DNA from: Thermoplasmatota archaeon
GTDB taxonomy: Archaea > Thermoplasmatota > JAKEGO01
Direction: 5' to 3'
Assembly: GCA_028279595.1 (NCBI GenBank)
Contig: JANQNK010000004.1
Span: 160,001-224,000 of the forward strand
Length of the DNA: 64,000 nt
Shown: one piece after another, positions 53,709-62,332 of the stretch
Layout of the letters: each line of letters begins with the position of its first letter
Position numbering within the stretch: the stretch's first letter is position 1
Notes under the pieces: generated by a model
Database searches by the model: none
The model's input: only the letters and a program-made list of their open reading frames with translations
Told to the model about the DNA's origin: nothing
Made by a program: the position numbers and the translations under genes

Positions 53709-54767
53709 TCATTTCAGGGCTTTCCAGATGAGGTCCTCAATGTTCCTGACGGTTATAGTATCTTCACCTAACTCCGCCACGGTCTTCGCGGCCTTCTTGA
53801 GCACCGTCTCGCAGGTTGAACAAGTAGTGACGAGGACCTCGGCTCCGGTGGCGACGGCCTGTCGGATCCGGTAGAGGGAGATGTCGTCCGAGAGCTCCTG
53901 ATCGGACATGAGGATGCCCCCGCCGCCTCCGCAGCAGGCAGAGCCGTCCTTGTTGCTCTCCATCTCGATGAGCTCGCAGCCGAGCCTCTTGATTATCTCA
54001 CGGGGCTCGTCGATTATCTTGAGACCGCGCGAGAAATCGCATGGGTCGTGGTATGTGACCTTCATTCCGAGGTCGCCCTGCGGAAGCACCTCCAGGATCG
54101 CCTGGAGCAGATGCCTGGCTTCGATGTCGTGGCCTTCCCTCAGGAAGACGGTGCAGGTCGGACACATCGTGATCGCCTCTCCGTGCGGGAACGCCGCCTT
54201 GAAGCGCTCCTTGTGCTCGTCGAAGTCGTCAACGAACCCGAGGATCTCCATGGGGAATCCGCAGCAGACCTCGTCGCTAATCGTTGCGTCGATGCCGAGC
54301 TTCTCCAGGATCTTGATGAACTTCTTGGTCTTGTTGGGCCGGGACTGGTACTGGCATCCGACGAAGAGGGGTGTGTCGCCCTCCTTGCCCTCGATGCCTC
54401 CCTCGGTGTCGCCGTAGATGTTGCCTGTGTCCTTGACGTTCTGGATGACGCGCTCGTGTGTCTCGCTCGAAAAGCCGGCCTTGACGAGGTCGGCGCGGGC
54501 TGCGGCTATGATGTCCACGACGGTCACGTTCGAGGGGCAGCGCTCCATGCAGTCGCCGCACGTCGTGCACTGGAACAGGCGGTCCGCGACCTCCTGGGTC
54601 GCCTCCAGGTCGCCGGTCATCAGCCCGTACGAGAGCATGACCTTTCCCCGGGCGCCGTCGGTGTCCCATCCGCGCTCGCGGATCACTGGGCACTCCTCGA
54701 AGCAGTAGGCGCACCTTATGCAGACGTACATCTCGTTCTCGAGCTTCTCCAGGTTCTTCGCTTCCAT
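53709..54767 (-). CDS. GlcF/HdrD-like Fe-S oxidoreductase with two CCG domains
   Basis: Start ATG 54767; CIRCAYCFEECP, CTTCGDCMERCP, VCCG/CPTC, YHDPC, ACCG/CSTC. Confidence 0.88.
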   Translation of the reverse strand: MEAKNLEKLENEMYVCIRCAYCFEECPVIRERGWDTDGARGKVMLSYGLMTGDLEATQEVADRLFQCTTCGDCMERCPSNVTVVDIIAAARADLVKAGFSSETHERVIQNVKDTGNIYGDTEGGIEGKEGDTPLFVGCQYQSRPNKTKKFIKILEKLGIDATISDEVCCGFPMEILGFVDDFDEHKERFKAAFPHGEAITMCPTCTVFLREGHDIEARHLLQAILEVLPQGDLGMKVTYHDPCDFSRGLKIIDEPREIIKRLGCELIEMESNKDGSACCGGGGGILMSDQELSDDISLYRIRQAVATGAEVLVTTCSTCETVLKKAAKTVAELGEDTITVRNIEDLIWKALK

Positions 54768-54772
54768 CCTTG

Positions 54773-56215
54773 TCACCCCCTCACCTTGTACCTGAGGTCC
54801 GTCGCGGTCACCCAGTCGTCCGGAGCGTCCTGCAGTTTGTGCGGGTTGAGTATGTTGTTGGGATCTAGGGCCTTCTTGATGGCGCGCATCGTCTCGAGCT
54901 GGTCGGCCTTCTCCTCCTTCCACGCAGGTGCCTTGGAGAGGGCGATGCCGTGCTCGCCGGATGTCGTTCCGCCTACCTCGCGTATGAACTTGTAGACCTC
55001 GTCGACCGCCTTCGCCGATGCGTCCCACTGGCTCTGCTGGGATGGGTCGATGAGGATCTTCGTGTGTATGAGGCCGGAGCCGGCGTGGCCGTAGGCGCTC
55101 ATTATGATGCCGTTGTTCTCGGCGATCTCGTGGATCTTCTGTATCGTTGCCGCGATCTGGGATATCGGAACGGCCATGTCGTCGGCCAGGGAGGTCGAGA
55201 CGAGTCCTTCCTTGTAACGGGAGAGCGATGGGAAGAGCTTCTTCCTTCCGGCGTAGATACGGGCCATCTCCTTTGGGTCGTCACTGACCTCGATCCCGGA
55301 GCCGTTGTGCTCCTTGAATATCTCCTGGACGCGCTCCATATCGCGGTCCACCTCGTCCTTGGCCATGCCGTTGCACTCGAACATCACGATGGCCTCGACG
55401 TCAGGGAGTCCCATGTCCAGTGCTGTATTGACGGCCTTGATGGCAACGTGGTCCATCAGCTCGAGCATGGACGGCTTCACGCCGCTGGCGGCGATGGCCG
55501 ATATCGCGTTCCCGGCGTCCTCGAGCCTGTCGAAGTTTACCACGCCGATCATCCTGAACTTGGGAAGAGGTGCCAGCCTGAGTGTAGCCTCCGTGACGAT
55601 CCCGAGTGTGCCCTCGGAACCGACGATCAGCCTGTGGAGCTGGTAGCCGGCGGATTCCACGATCGTGTTGGAGCCGAGGTCCAGTGCCTCACCGTTCGCC
55701 ATGACGACCTTCATGCCCATTATCGAGTCGCGGGTCGCGCCGTACTTCACCGCGCGGTTCCCAGAGGCGTTGGTCCCGATCATCCCGCCGATCGTGCAGA
55801 TGTTGCCGGATGACGGTGTCGGGGGGAAGAAGACGCCGAACGGCTTCAGGGCCTTGTTGAGGTCGTCGTTGACGACCCCGGCCTCGACGCGGACGAGCAC
55901 GTCCTCGGGTTTTATGTCCATGATCCTGTCCATCCTCTTCATGTCGAGGACGATGCCGCCGTCGATAGGGACTGTGTGCCCGGACATGCCGGAGCCGGCG
56001 CCCCTAGGGACGATCGGTATCTTCTTCTCGTTCGCGTAGCGAACGATGTCCTGGACCTCCTCGGTCGTACCGGGCCGGACCACCACGTCGGGCTTGGCCT
56101 GGTGAACCGATGCGTCCGAGGAATACACGTACAGGTCGAACGCCCTGTCGGAGACGTTCTCATCACCGACTATCGACCTCAGCCTCTCGATGTCGACGTC
56201 CATATTGACCACCAT
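54773..56215 (-). CDS. FAD-linked D-2-hydroxyacid dehydrogenase (GlcD/D-lactate dehydrogenase family)
   Basis: PRGAGSG, TIGGMIGTNASG..AVKYG, GSEGTLG, GHAGSG.IH, GEHGI, DPNNILNP. Confidence 0.9.
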   Translation of the reverse strand: MVVNMDVDIERLRSIVGDENVSDRAFDLYVYSSDASVHQAKPDVVVRPGTTEEVQDIVRYANEKKIPIVPRGAGSGMSGHTVPIDGGIVLDMKRMDRIMDIKPEDVLVRVEAGVVNDDLNKALKPFGVFFPPTPSSGNICTIGGMIGTNASGNRAVKYGATRDSIMGMKVVMANGEALDLGSNTIVESAGYQLHRLIVGSEGTLGIVTEATLRLAPLPKFRMIGVVNFDRLEDAGNAISAIAASGVKPSMLELMDHVAIKAVNTALDMGLPDVEAIVMFECNGMAKDEVDRDMERVQEIFKEHNGSGIEVSDDPKEMARIYAGRKKLFPSLSRYKEGLVSTSLADDMAVPISQIAATIQKIHEIAENNGIIMSAYGHAGSGLIHTKILIDPSQQSQWDASAKAVDEVYKFIREVGGTTSGEHGIALSKAPAWKEEKADQLETMRAIKKALDPNNILNPHKLQDAPDDWVTATDLRYKVRG

Positions 56216-56356
56216 ATTCGATGTCGTACCAGAAGAGTCCCCGGCCTTGCCGAGTGGGTCTTGGCGCAGCCCCCGGGCCGCCTTGCACCGCCGTTCGCCG
56301 CCCTATCCGGACCGTCCGTCAGGGCTCCCCTGTTTCCGCGGATATGCCCCGCCGTT

Positions 56357-56378
56357 TCCCGAATATCGATATTCGGGA
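56357..56378. promoter_or_regulatory. Perfect 22-bp palindrome in the divergent glcD/mdh intergenic region (candidate operator)
   Basis: TCCCGAATATCGATATTCGGGA is its own reverse complement. Confidence 0.55.
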
Positions 56379-56652
56379 GGGATTCTCGTTATTCTGGAGC
56401 GGATGGAAGCGAAATTTTCGCGTTCTATCGCCCCTGTGCAGGCAGGGCAACGAAGAAGGACCCTTTGTCTTATTTTAGATTTCCGCTTCCCCGCGGTGAA
56501 AAGGATAAACAGGATATTACCGAGTGTGTAAATTGACAAGCCCGTCCGAGGGGCTTGGGAGCGACCGTTCCGATGTATTGTAACAACGCCGGGGACGGAC
56601 GTAACGTTTTATCGGATATCTGTGTCCAGGCGTCCGCTTGGCAGGGATATTC

Positions 56653-56660
56653 TTATAAAT
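56653..56660 (+). promoter_or_regulatory. TATA box of mdh (probably leaderless mRNA)
   Basis: TTATAAAT ends 21 nt before ATG 56682; no RBS. Confidence 0.55.
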
Positions 56661-56681
56661 CGGACCTGCCTTACCGACCCT

Positions 56682-57563
56682 ATGGGGAAGATAGCAGTCA
56701 TTGGAGCAGGCAGGCTCGGTTCGACCATCGCGTTCTCGGTCATGAAGGAGCGGATCGCTGACGAGCTGGTCATCATAGACATCATCGAGAACCTCGTCAA
56801 GGGCGAGGGGCTCGACCTCGGGCAGACCACCATCTGTCCGGTGGCCGGGTCGACAGATTACAGCAACATCGCGGGGTCCGACCTGATCATAATCGTCGCC
56901 GGCATTGCGAGGAAGCCGGACATGACCAGGGAGCAGCTCCTCGGCACGAACGCGAAGATCATGAAGTCTGTGATCGAGCAGATCAAGATCCACGCACCCG
57001 AAGCGCTCCTGCTCGTCGTCGCGAACCCGATGGACGCCATGGCGTACATCGCCTTCAAGGAGTCCGGCTTCGAGAGGCACAGGGTGTTCGGCATGGGCGG
57101 GGTCGTCGACTCGAACAGGTTCAAATACTTCCTGTCTCTGGAGTTCGGCGTCCCGGTGGAGAACGTGGAGGGCGTCGTCGTCGGCCAGCACGGCGAGATA
57201 ATGATACCGCTGGCAAGCTCCGTCAAGATCAACGGCGAGCCCGCTGACCCGGAAAGGGTCGCGCGCGCCGTAGCAAGGACGAAGGACGCGGGAAGGGAGG
57301 TCATCGCCCTCAAGGGCGCCACCTTCTACGCGCCGGCACACGCCACGTCGATCATGGCCAGGATAGTCATGAACGACGAGAAGGTCGTGGTGCCCAGCTC
57401 CGTCCTCTGGGAGGACGAGCAGGTGTTCGTGGGCCAGCCCATCAGGCTGGGCCGCAACGGCGTCGAGGAGGTAATGGACATGGACATGACCGACGCCGAG
57501 AAGGAGGAGTTCAGCAGGGCCGCCAGGGCTCTGAGGGGCAACCTCGAAGCAGTGGGATACTGA
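56682..57563 (+). CDS. mdh: Malate dehydrogenase (LDH-like)
   Basis: IAVIGAGRLG; AGIARKPDMTR with Arg at the malate-specificity position; ANPMD, DSNRF, GQHG. Confidence 0.92.
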   Translation: MGKIAVIGAGRLGSTIAFSVMKERIADELVIIDIIENLVKGEGLDLGQTTICPVAGSTDYSNIAGSDLIIIVAGIARKPDMTREQLLGTNAKIMKSVIEQIKIHAPEALLLVVANPMDAMAYIAFKESGFERHRVFGMGGVVDSNRFKYFLSLEFGVPVENVEGVVVGQHGEIMIPLASSVKINGEPADPERVARAVARTKDAGREVIALKGATFYAPAHATSIMARIVMNDEKVVVPSSVLWEDEQVFVGQPIRLGRNGVEEVMDMDMTDAEKEEFSRAARALRGNLEAVGY

Positions 57564-57740
57564 GATCGCAGATGGGGACCGGCTCCGATTTGGGGCTTCT
57601 GCAGTGTAGATTGTAGTAGTTCGAACGAGGCCGTGACCCTGGACCCCTAACCCAACCTCGGACCAGTGATCATCAAGACGCGTTGATCGCCGAAGGGCTC
57701 GCGGTCGAGCGCGTTCACTGCTGGGTTTTGAATGGTCCGA

Positions 57741-58823
57741 TCAAATATTGTCCAGGATCTTCCGGACCAGTGGTTCGTAAACGAGCCACTTCACCTCGTA
57801 TATCCTCGGGATGGACTGGAGGAGGACGAAGGGGTCGTTCCTCAACGTGTTGTGCTCCTGGCAGTAGGAGACGTACTCGTTGTGGAGGTACTTGAACTCC
57901 TCGAAGTCTCGGAATGCCGTGAGCATGACGCTCTCGGGGTCGCGGGCGATATTGAATATCGGCGTCTGGACAGCCCGAGTATGCTGTACGCACTTCTGAC
58001 GTCCAGAGAGCGGGATGAGCGGATTGAACTTGGAATGCGTCAGAGCGAGCATCTTGAAGCCGAGCTTCTCGAGGCTGACTATGCGGCGGCGTTCTATCAG
58101 CCGTTCCTCCAGGAAACGGTTCTTGACGCGAGTGAAGACAGGCCTGGAGCACCCGATACGTTCGCTGAGCGATGAATCGGATAGTTCTGGATACTTGACG
58201 AGTCCGAGGAATACACGCTTCTCGAGGTCGTTGAGCTCGGGGTAATGGACCTTCGTCTTGTTCTTCTCGGAGCTCACGTCGATGTCCTCGGTTATCGCGT
58301 CCTCGGGCTCGATCTGGAATATCCGATTGAGAAGTGGAGCGAAGTCGAAGCAGCTGAATATCGACGAGGCGTCGAACGGGAACATGACCTGATGGATCTC
58401 CTCGAGGAAGTCGTTCTCCTCGTAGAGCTGGACGAGGTCGTCGGTGACCTTCACGTGCTCGCCTATGTTCTTGGACACAGAAAGGAATACGGCCTGGTTC
58501 GACTCGCTGACGATGGTGAAGATGTCGGAGGCCGCGAGGAGCCTTCCGCGCGAGATCGCGAGGCGGTCCTCGGTGCGGGTCTTCCGGTTGAGGGTGACGT
58601 ACCAGACGACGAGGAGTTCAGAACCGAGCCTGTTGAAGACGGGGGAATGCGAGGAGTAGAAGTAACCCTCGGTCCGGAGCTTCTTCTTGATGGTCGAGAA
58701 GGTCGACTGCTTCATGTCGATCCTGTTGCAGAGCTCCTGGTCCGAGAGTAGCGGATGGCGCACGAGGTTGTACAGGACGGTCTGTTCGTTGACCGATAAT
58801 CCGCTGATATCAGCACTGTTCAT
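57741..58823 (-). CDS. Tandem (2x) Lrp/AsnC-like wHTH transcription regulator
   Basis: Two HTH units: LSVNEQTVLYNLVRHPLLSDQELCNRIDM...; LNDLEKRVFLGLVKYPELSDSSLSERIGC.... Start is 58823 or 58853. Confidence 0.7.
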   Translation of the reverse strand: MNSADISGLSVNEQTVLYNLVRHPLLSDQELCNRIDMKQSTFSTIKKKLRTEGYFYSSHSPVFNRLGSELLVVWYVTLNRKTRTEDRLAISRGRLLAASDIFTIVSESNQAVFLSVSKNIGEHVKVTDDLVQLYEENDFLEEIHQVMFPFDASSIFSCFDFAPLLNRIFQIEPEDAITEDIDVSSEKNKTKVHYPELNDLEKRVFLGLVKYPELSDSSLSERIGCSRPVFTRVKNRFLEERLIERRRIVSLEKLGFKMLALTHSKFNPLIPLSGRQKCVQHTRAVQTPIFNIARDPESVMLTAFRDFEEFKYLHNEYVSYCQEHNTLRNDPFVLLQSIPRIYEVKWLVYEPLVRKILDNI

Positions 58824-59110
58824 TGTAGCGACGGAGAAGGGCGATATCCGCATAAGAACCTTACTAGGGCCCGATTTCCCCTAATTTGGGCTTCGAAAGT
58901 ACATCGGCATTATCGCTTCAAGCGTGATATTGTGCAACAGGGCCATGATTCTCGCAATAACGAGTTATTTCTGTGATTTTCGATGAATTGAGAATAATTT
59001 CAGCGAGATGTGTTCAGGTTATCGGGAATTTTCCATATCGACTTCGGAATATATTTACACTTCCCCACCGATTTTAATGGTAGAGAAGAGCAAAATATCG
59101 GGTGATTCCC

Positions 59111-60391
59111 ATGGAAAACCGAACTGCGGAAAATGGCGAGCGGGTTGCACGGATCGCGGGCGTCGACATCGACCTCGGACAGGTCGAGGAAGTGCTGTTG
59201 AGCCACGGGGCGGTCCTCGAGGCGGAGGTCATGGCGGTGGAGGACGAGGCGAGGGGCGAGCTGCTCAATGCCGTGATATCCCTGAAGGGAGGCCATCACG
59301 TATCCAACGACCTCAAGACCGAGATCGCTTGGCACGTGGGTACCGACATCGGGTATCCGTCGATATTCAAGGACATAGAGTTCATAGCGAAGGAGGTCGA
59401 GCCCCAGGTCCCGTGGGACGAGGTCCGGGAGGAGGGCGACGTCGTCTTCACCTCCGGTCACAAGATAGATATCACCGAGGTCGAGAAGGTCCTCATGCGG
59501 TACGACGAGGTCACCAAGGCCGTCGTCACCGGCGTGCCCGACGAGAGGCACGGTGAGATCCTCAGGGCATATGTGACCCTAAAGGAGGGCAGCGTACCCA
59601 CCGACGACCTCAAGAGGGACCTCGCGTGGTACGCCCAGGTCGAGGTCGGCCCGATGCTCCTCTTCGAGGACATCGAGTTCGGCGACCGCCCCTCCGGAGC
59701 ACCTGTCAAGGTGCCAGTCGGCAATGACGGCATGGTCGTCGTCGACGATGTCGCCATGGACGGAGGGGCCATGGAGATCTCCGGACACAGGCTCTCCACC
59801 ACGGAGATCACCAACGTCCTTCTCAGTCACCCCGACATATCCGACGCGGCTGTTGTAACGGTCCCGGACGAGAGGAAGGGAGAGGTCATGAAGGCCTTCG
59901 CAAAGGTCAAGGAGGGCGTCGTTCCCTCGAACGACCTCAAGCTCGAACTGGCCTGGCTCGTTCTTACTGAGCTCAAACCCATAGGCGTCTTCAAGAGCAT
60001 AGAGCTGGAGCAGGAGGAGACCGAAAAGGCACCGGTCATGGGCGAGGAGGTCCACATCTCCGGACACACGCTCCTCAGCATCGACGTCGAGGAGGCCCTC
60101 GTGAGCCACCCTTCGGTCGCCGAGGCGATCGTCGTCGGGGTCCCGGACGGCACCCACGGAGAGGCGCTGCAGGCCTTCGTCAATCTCAATACCGACGTTC
60201 TCCCGACCGAGGCTCTGAAGGAGGAGCTCGCATGGCATGCGCGGACCGAGATCGGCCCGGAGGTCGTCTTCAGGTCCGTGAAGTTCAGGAGCTTCCTGCC
60301 CAGGGCAAAAGATAGAAGAACGTTAAGGAGCATACTCCGGGCCGACGCCCTGGAGATCCCGACGAAGATGTCCATCACCATGGCAGACTGA
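59111..60391 (+). CDS. Protein of four tandem AMP-binding C-terminal (acetyl-CoA synthetase C) domains, no adenylation domain
   Basis: 4x SGH.I...EVE..L.SHP.V..A.V.GVPD...GE...AFV.LK.G..P...LK.ELAW; ATG 59111 after GGTGA. Confidence 0.8.
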   Translation: MENRTAENGERVARIAGVDIDLGQVEEVLLSHGAVLEAEVMAVEDEARGELLNAVISLKGGHHVSNDLKTEIAWHVGTDIGYPSIFKDIEFIAKEVEPQVPWDEVREEGDVVFTSGHKIDITEVEKVLMRYDEVTKAVVTGVPDERHGEILRAYVTLKEGSVPTDDLKRDLAWYAQVEVGPMLLFEDIEFGDRPSGAPVKVPVGNDGMVVVDDVAMDGGAMEISGHRLSTTEITNVLLSHPDISDAAVVTVPDERKGEVMKAFAKVKEGVVPSNDLKLELAWLVLTELKPIGVFKSIELEQEETEKAPVMGEEVHISGHTLLSIDVEEALVSHPSVAEAIVVGVPDGTHGEALQAFVNLNTDVLPTEALKEELAWHARTEIGPEVVFRSVKFRSFLPRAKDRRTLRSILRADALEIPTKMSITMAD

Positions 60392-60440
60392 TGGCCAGCG
60401 GCTCTCCGGTGGGCGGACTGTCCCCATTGGAAGTGAGAGC

Positions 60441-61778
60441 CTGAGCTACACCGTCCACTACGGAAAGGACGCCATCGACGTCGAGATCGAGGGTGAGGTA
60501 CAGATACTCGATCCTGCCGAGTTCGAAGTAGGCGACGAGTCGGTGATAATCAAGAACGCCCTGGAGGATCCGATCGACTCCGTCGGGTTCGCCGAGTTCG
60601 CTGACTACGAGGATTCCCTTCTGATAATCGTCAATGACGGGACCCGGCCGACGCCGACAGCGAGGATCGTCAGGGAGATATATCCGATATTGAAGGACCA
60701 TCCCGACGTCAGGTTCCTGATCGCGACCGGAGCGCACCGCGCGCCGAACCAGGAGGAGTTCGACTTCATGTTCGGCGAGCACCACGAGGAGTTCGCCGAC
60801 AGGATATTCTCGCACGATGCCAGGGACGAGGATGCCATGGTCCACCTCGGGACGTCGACGAACGGCACCGAGATGTACATCAACAGGATGGTGCCGGAGG
60901 CGGACAGGATACTAGTCATCTCGAGCGTCGAGCCGCACTACTTCGGCGGCTACACCGGCGGGCGAAAGTCGTTCCTGCCCGGGGTTGCATCGTACAAGAC
61001 CATAACGCAGAACCACAAGCTTGCACTCTCGAACAGGGCGCGGGCCCTGGCTCTGGACGGCAATCCAGTACACGAGGACATGATGGACGCGCTCAAGAAC
61101 CTGTCCGACATGAAGGTGTTCTCGATACAGACCGTGTTGACGGGAGACCACAAGATATTCGCATGCACCGCGGGCGACCTGCACGGTTCCTTCTACGCCG
61201 CCATCGAGCAGGCCTTCAAGATATTCTGCGTTCCCCTCGAACACAGGGGTAACATCGTGGTAACGGTCGCGCCATATCCCATGGACGTCGACCTCTACCA
61301 GTCGCAGAAGGCCGTCGAGAACGGGAAGTACGCTCTCCAGAACGGCGGTGTTCTCATCCTGGTGTCGCGCTGTACCGATGGCATCGGCGGCAAGACCTTC
61401 TTCGACCTCCTGTCCTCGGAGCCGACTCCGCAGGAGGTCCTGTACAGGATCAACAAGGACTACAAGCTCGGATGGCACAAGGCCGCGAAGATGGCCCAGA
61501 TCGGCGTCTGGGCACAGGTCTGGGCCGTTTCCGAACTACCGGAAGAGGACCTGGAGGCGATCAATATAGTATCCTACCGCGACGTCCAGAAGGCCATCGA
61601 CGACGCGATCGATTTCATCAAGGAGAAGGGTTCGGAGCCGAAGACCGTGATCCTTTCGAGCGGCAGCCTGACCGTCCCGGTCCTCGAGGGTACCGAGACC
61701 GAAGGGGGCTGGATGAGGGTCTCTACGGACGTCGGACTCGACGACCTGCTGGAAGTGCTGGACATCTCCATAGAATGA
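60441..61778 (+). CDS. larA: LarA-family racemase/epimerase (copy 2), probable CTG start
   Basis: DGTRPTP, ATGAHR, EPHYFGGYTGGRKS, DLYQSQKA. The LarA-like N-terminus (YTVHYGKDAIDVEI) lies upstream of the first GTG (60543), in frame from CTG 60441. Confidence 0.85.
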   Translation: MSYTVHYGKDAIDVEIEGEVQILDPAEFEVGDESVIIKNALEDPIDSVGFAEFADYEDSLLIIVNDGTRPTPTARIVREIYPILKDHPDVRFLIATGAHRAPNQEEFDFMFGEHHEEFADRIFSHDARDEDAMVHLGTSTNGTEMYINRMVPEADRILVISSVEPHYFGGYTGGRKSFLPGVASYKTITQNHKLALSNRARALALDGNPVHEDMMDALKNLSDMKVFSIQTVLTGDHKIFACTAGDLHGSFYAAIEQAFKIFCVPLEHRGNIVVTVAPYPMDVDLYQSQKAVENGKYALQNGGVLILVSRCTDGIGGKTFFDLLSSEPTPQEVLYRINKDYKLGWHKAAKMAQIGVWAQVWAVSELPEEDLEAINIVSYRDVQKAIDDAIDFIKEKGSEPKTVILSSGSLTVPVLEGTETEGGWMRVSTDVGLDDLLEVLDISIE

Positions 61779-61787
61779 GGTGAGGAT

Positions 61788-62129
61788 ATGGATGAGAAGG
61801 ACGGACACATGACGGTGATCGACGTGGACCAGCTGGAGAGGGACAATCCCGAGAAGTGGACCAACTTCACGCTCTGCAGGATCAACGACTCACTGGTAAG
61901 GATGGGAATATTCGAGGGAGAGTTCCACTGGCACCACCACGAGGACGAGGACGAGTTCTTCTACGTCGTGAGCGGGAAGCTCCTCCTGGACCTGCCGGAC
62001 GAGACCGTGGAGGTCCTTCCGCACCAGGGATTCGCCGTCCCGAAGGGAGTCGAGCACAGGACCCGCGCCGAGGAGAGGACCGTGGTCCTCATGGTCGAAG
62101 GGGACACGGTGAGTCCCAAGGGCGATTGA
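61788..62129 (+). CDS. Cupin-domain protein
   Basis: GEFHWHHHEDEDEFF..VSG...VPKGVEHR; GAGGTGA RBS. Confidence 0.85.
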   Translation: MDEKDGHMTVIDVDQLERDNPEKWTNFTLCRINDSLVRMGIFEGEFHWHHHEDEDEFFYVVSGKLLLDLPDETVEVLPHQGFAVPKGVEHRTRAEERTVVLMVEGDTVSPKGD

Positions 62130-62130
62130 T

Positions 62131-62288
62131 GGGGTGCCAAAACCGACCTCGCAGCAGAATCGGTGAGACGCGTTGAAGCTGCCGAGGCCCAGCTTCGAGC
62201 GCTGTTGTCCTCTCTGTTCAGGATCCCTGAGACGCGTTGTCCCCCGATCGGCCGGGGTCTAGCGCTGTTGCGGTAATGTCGGTTACCC
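62131..62288. repeat. Structured intergenic element with imperfect terminal inverted repeats and two internal direct-repeat hairpin units
   Basis: TGAGACGCGTTG at 62164 and 62228; AGCGCTGTTG at 62198 and 62261; AACCGAC/GTCGGTT and CGCAGCAG/CTGTTGCG end pairing. Confidence 0.55.
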
Positions 62289-62332
62289 TTTTATCCGGAA
62301 ATCACAATGCGGGGCCAATCAGGGGGCGCTAA

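Noticed and set aside
31135-55028. Selenocysteine or pyrrolysine recoding in HdrA/MvhD/HdrB/GlcF
   Set aside because: All Cys motifs are complete within uninterrupted ORFs; no in-frame TGA or TAG splits a domain.
33143-55028. Extended N-termini in the ORF track (34450, 44389, 47795, 48466, 55028; also 2077, 17608, 56622, 62521)
   Set aside because: They overlap upstream genes or promoters; downstream starts have RBS/ATGA coupling and match family N-termini.
57564-57740. tRNA suggested by GTTCGAA
   Set aside because: No acceptor, D or anticodon stems could be formed around it.
62160-62270. Mini-CRISPR array
   Set aside because: Only two units with 10-12-nt repeats and no cas genes; reported as a structured element instead.
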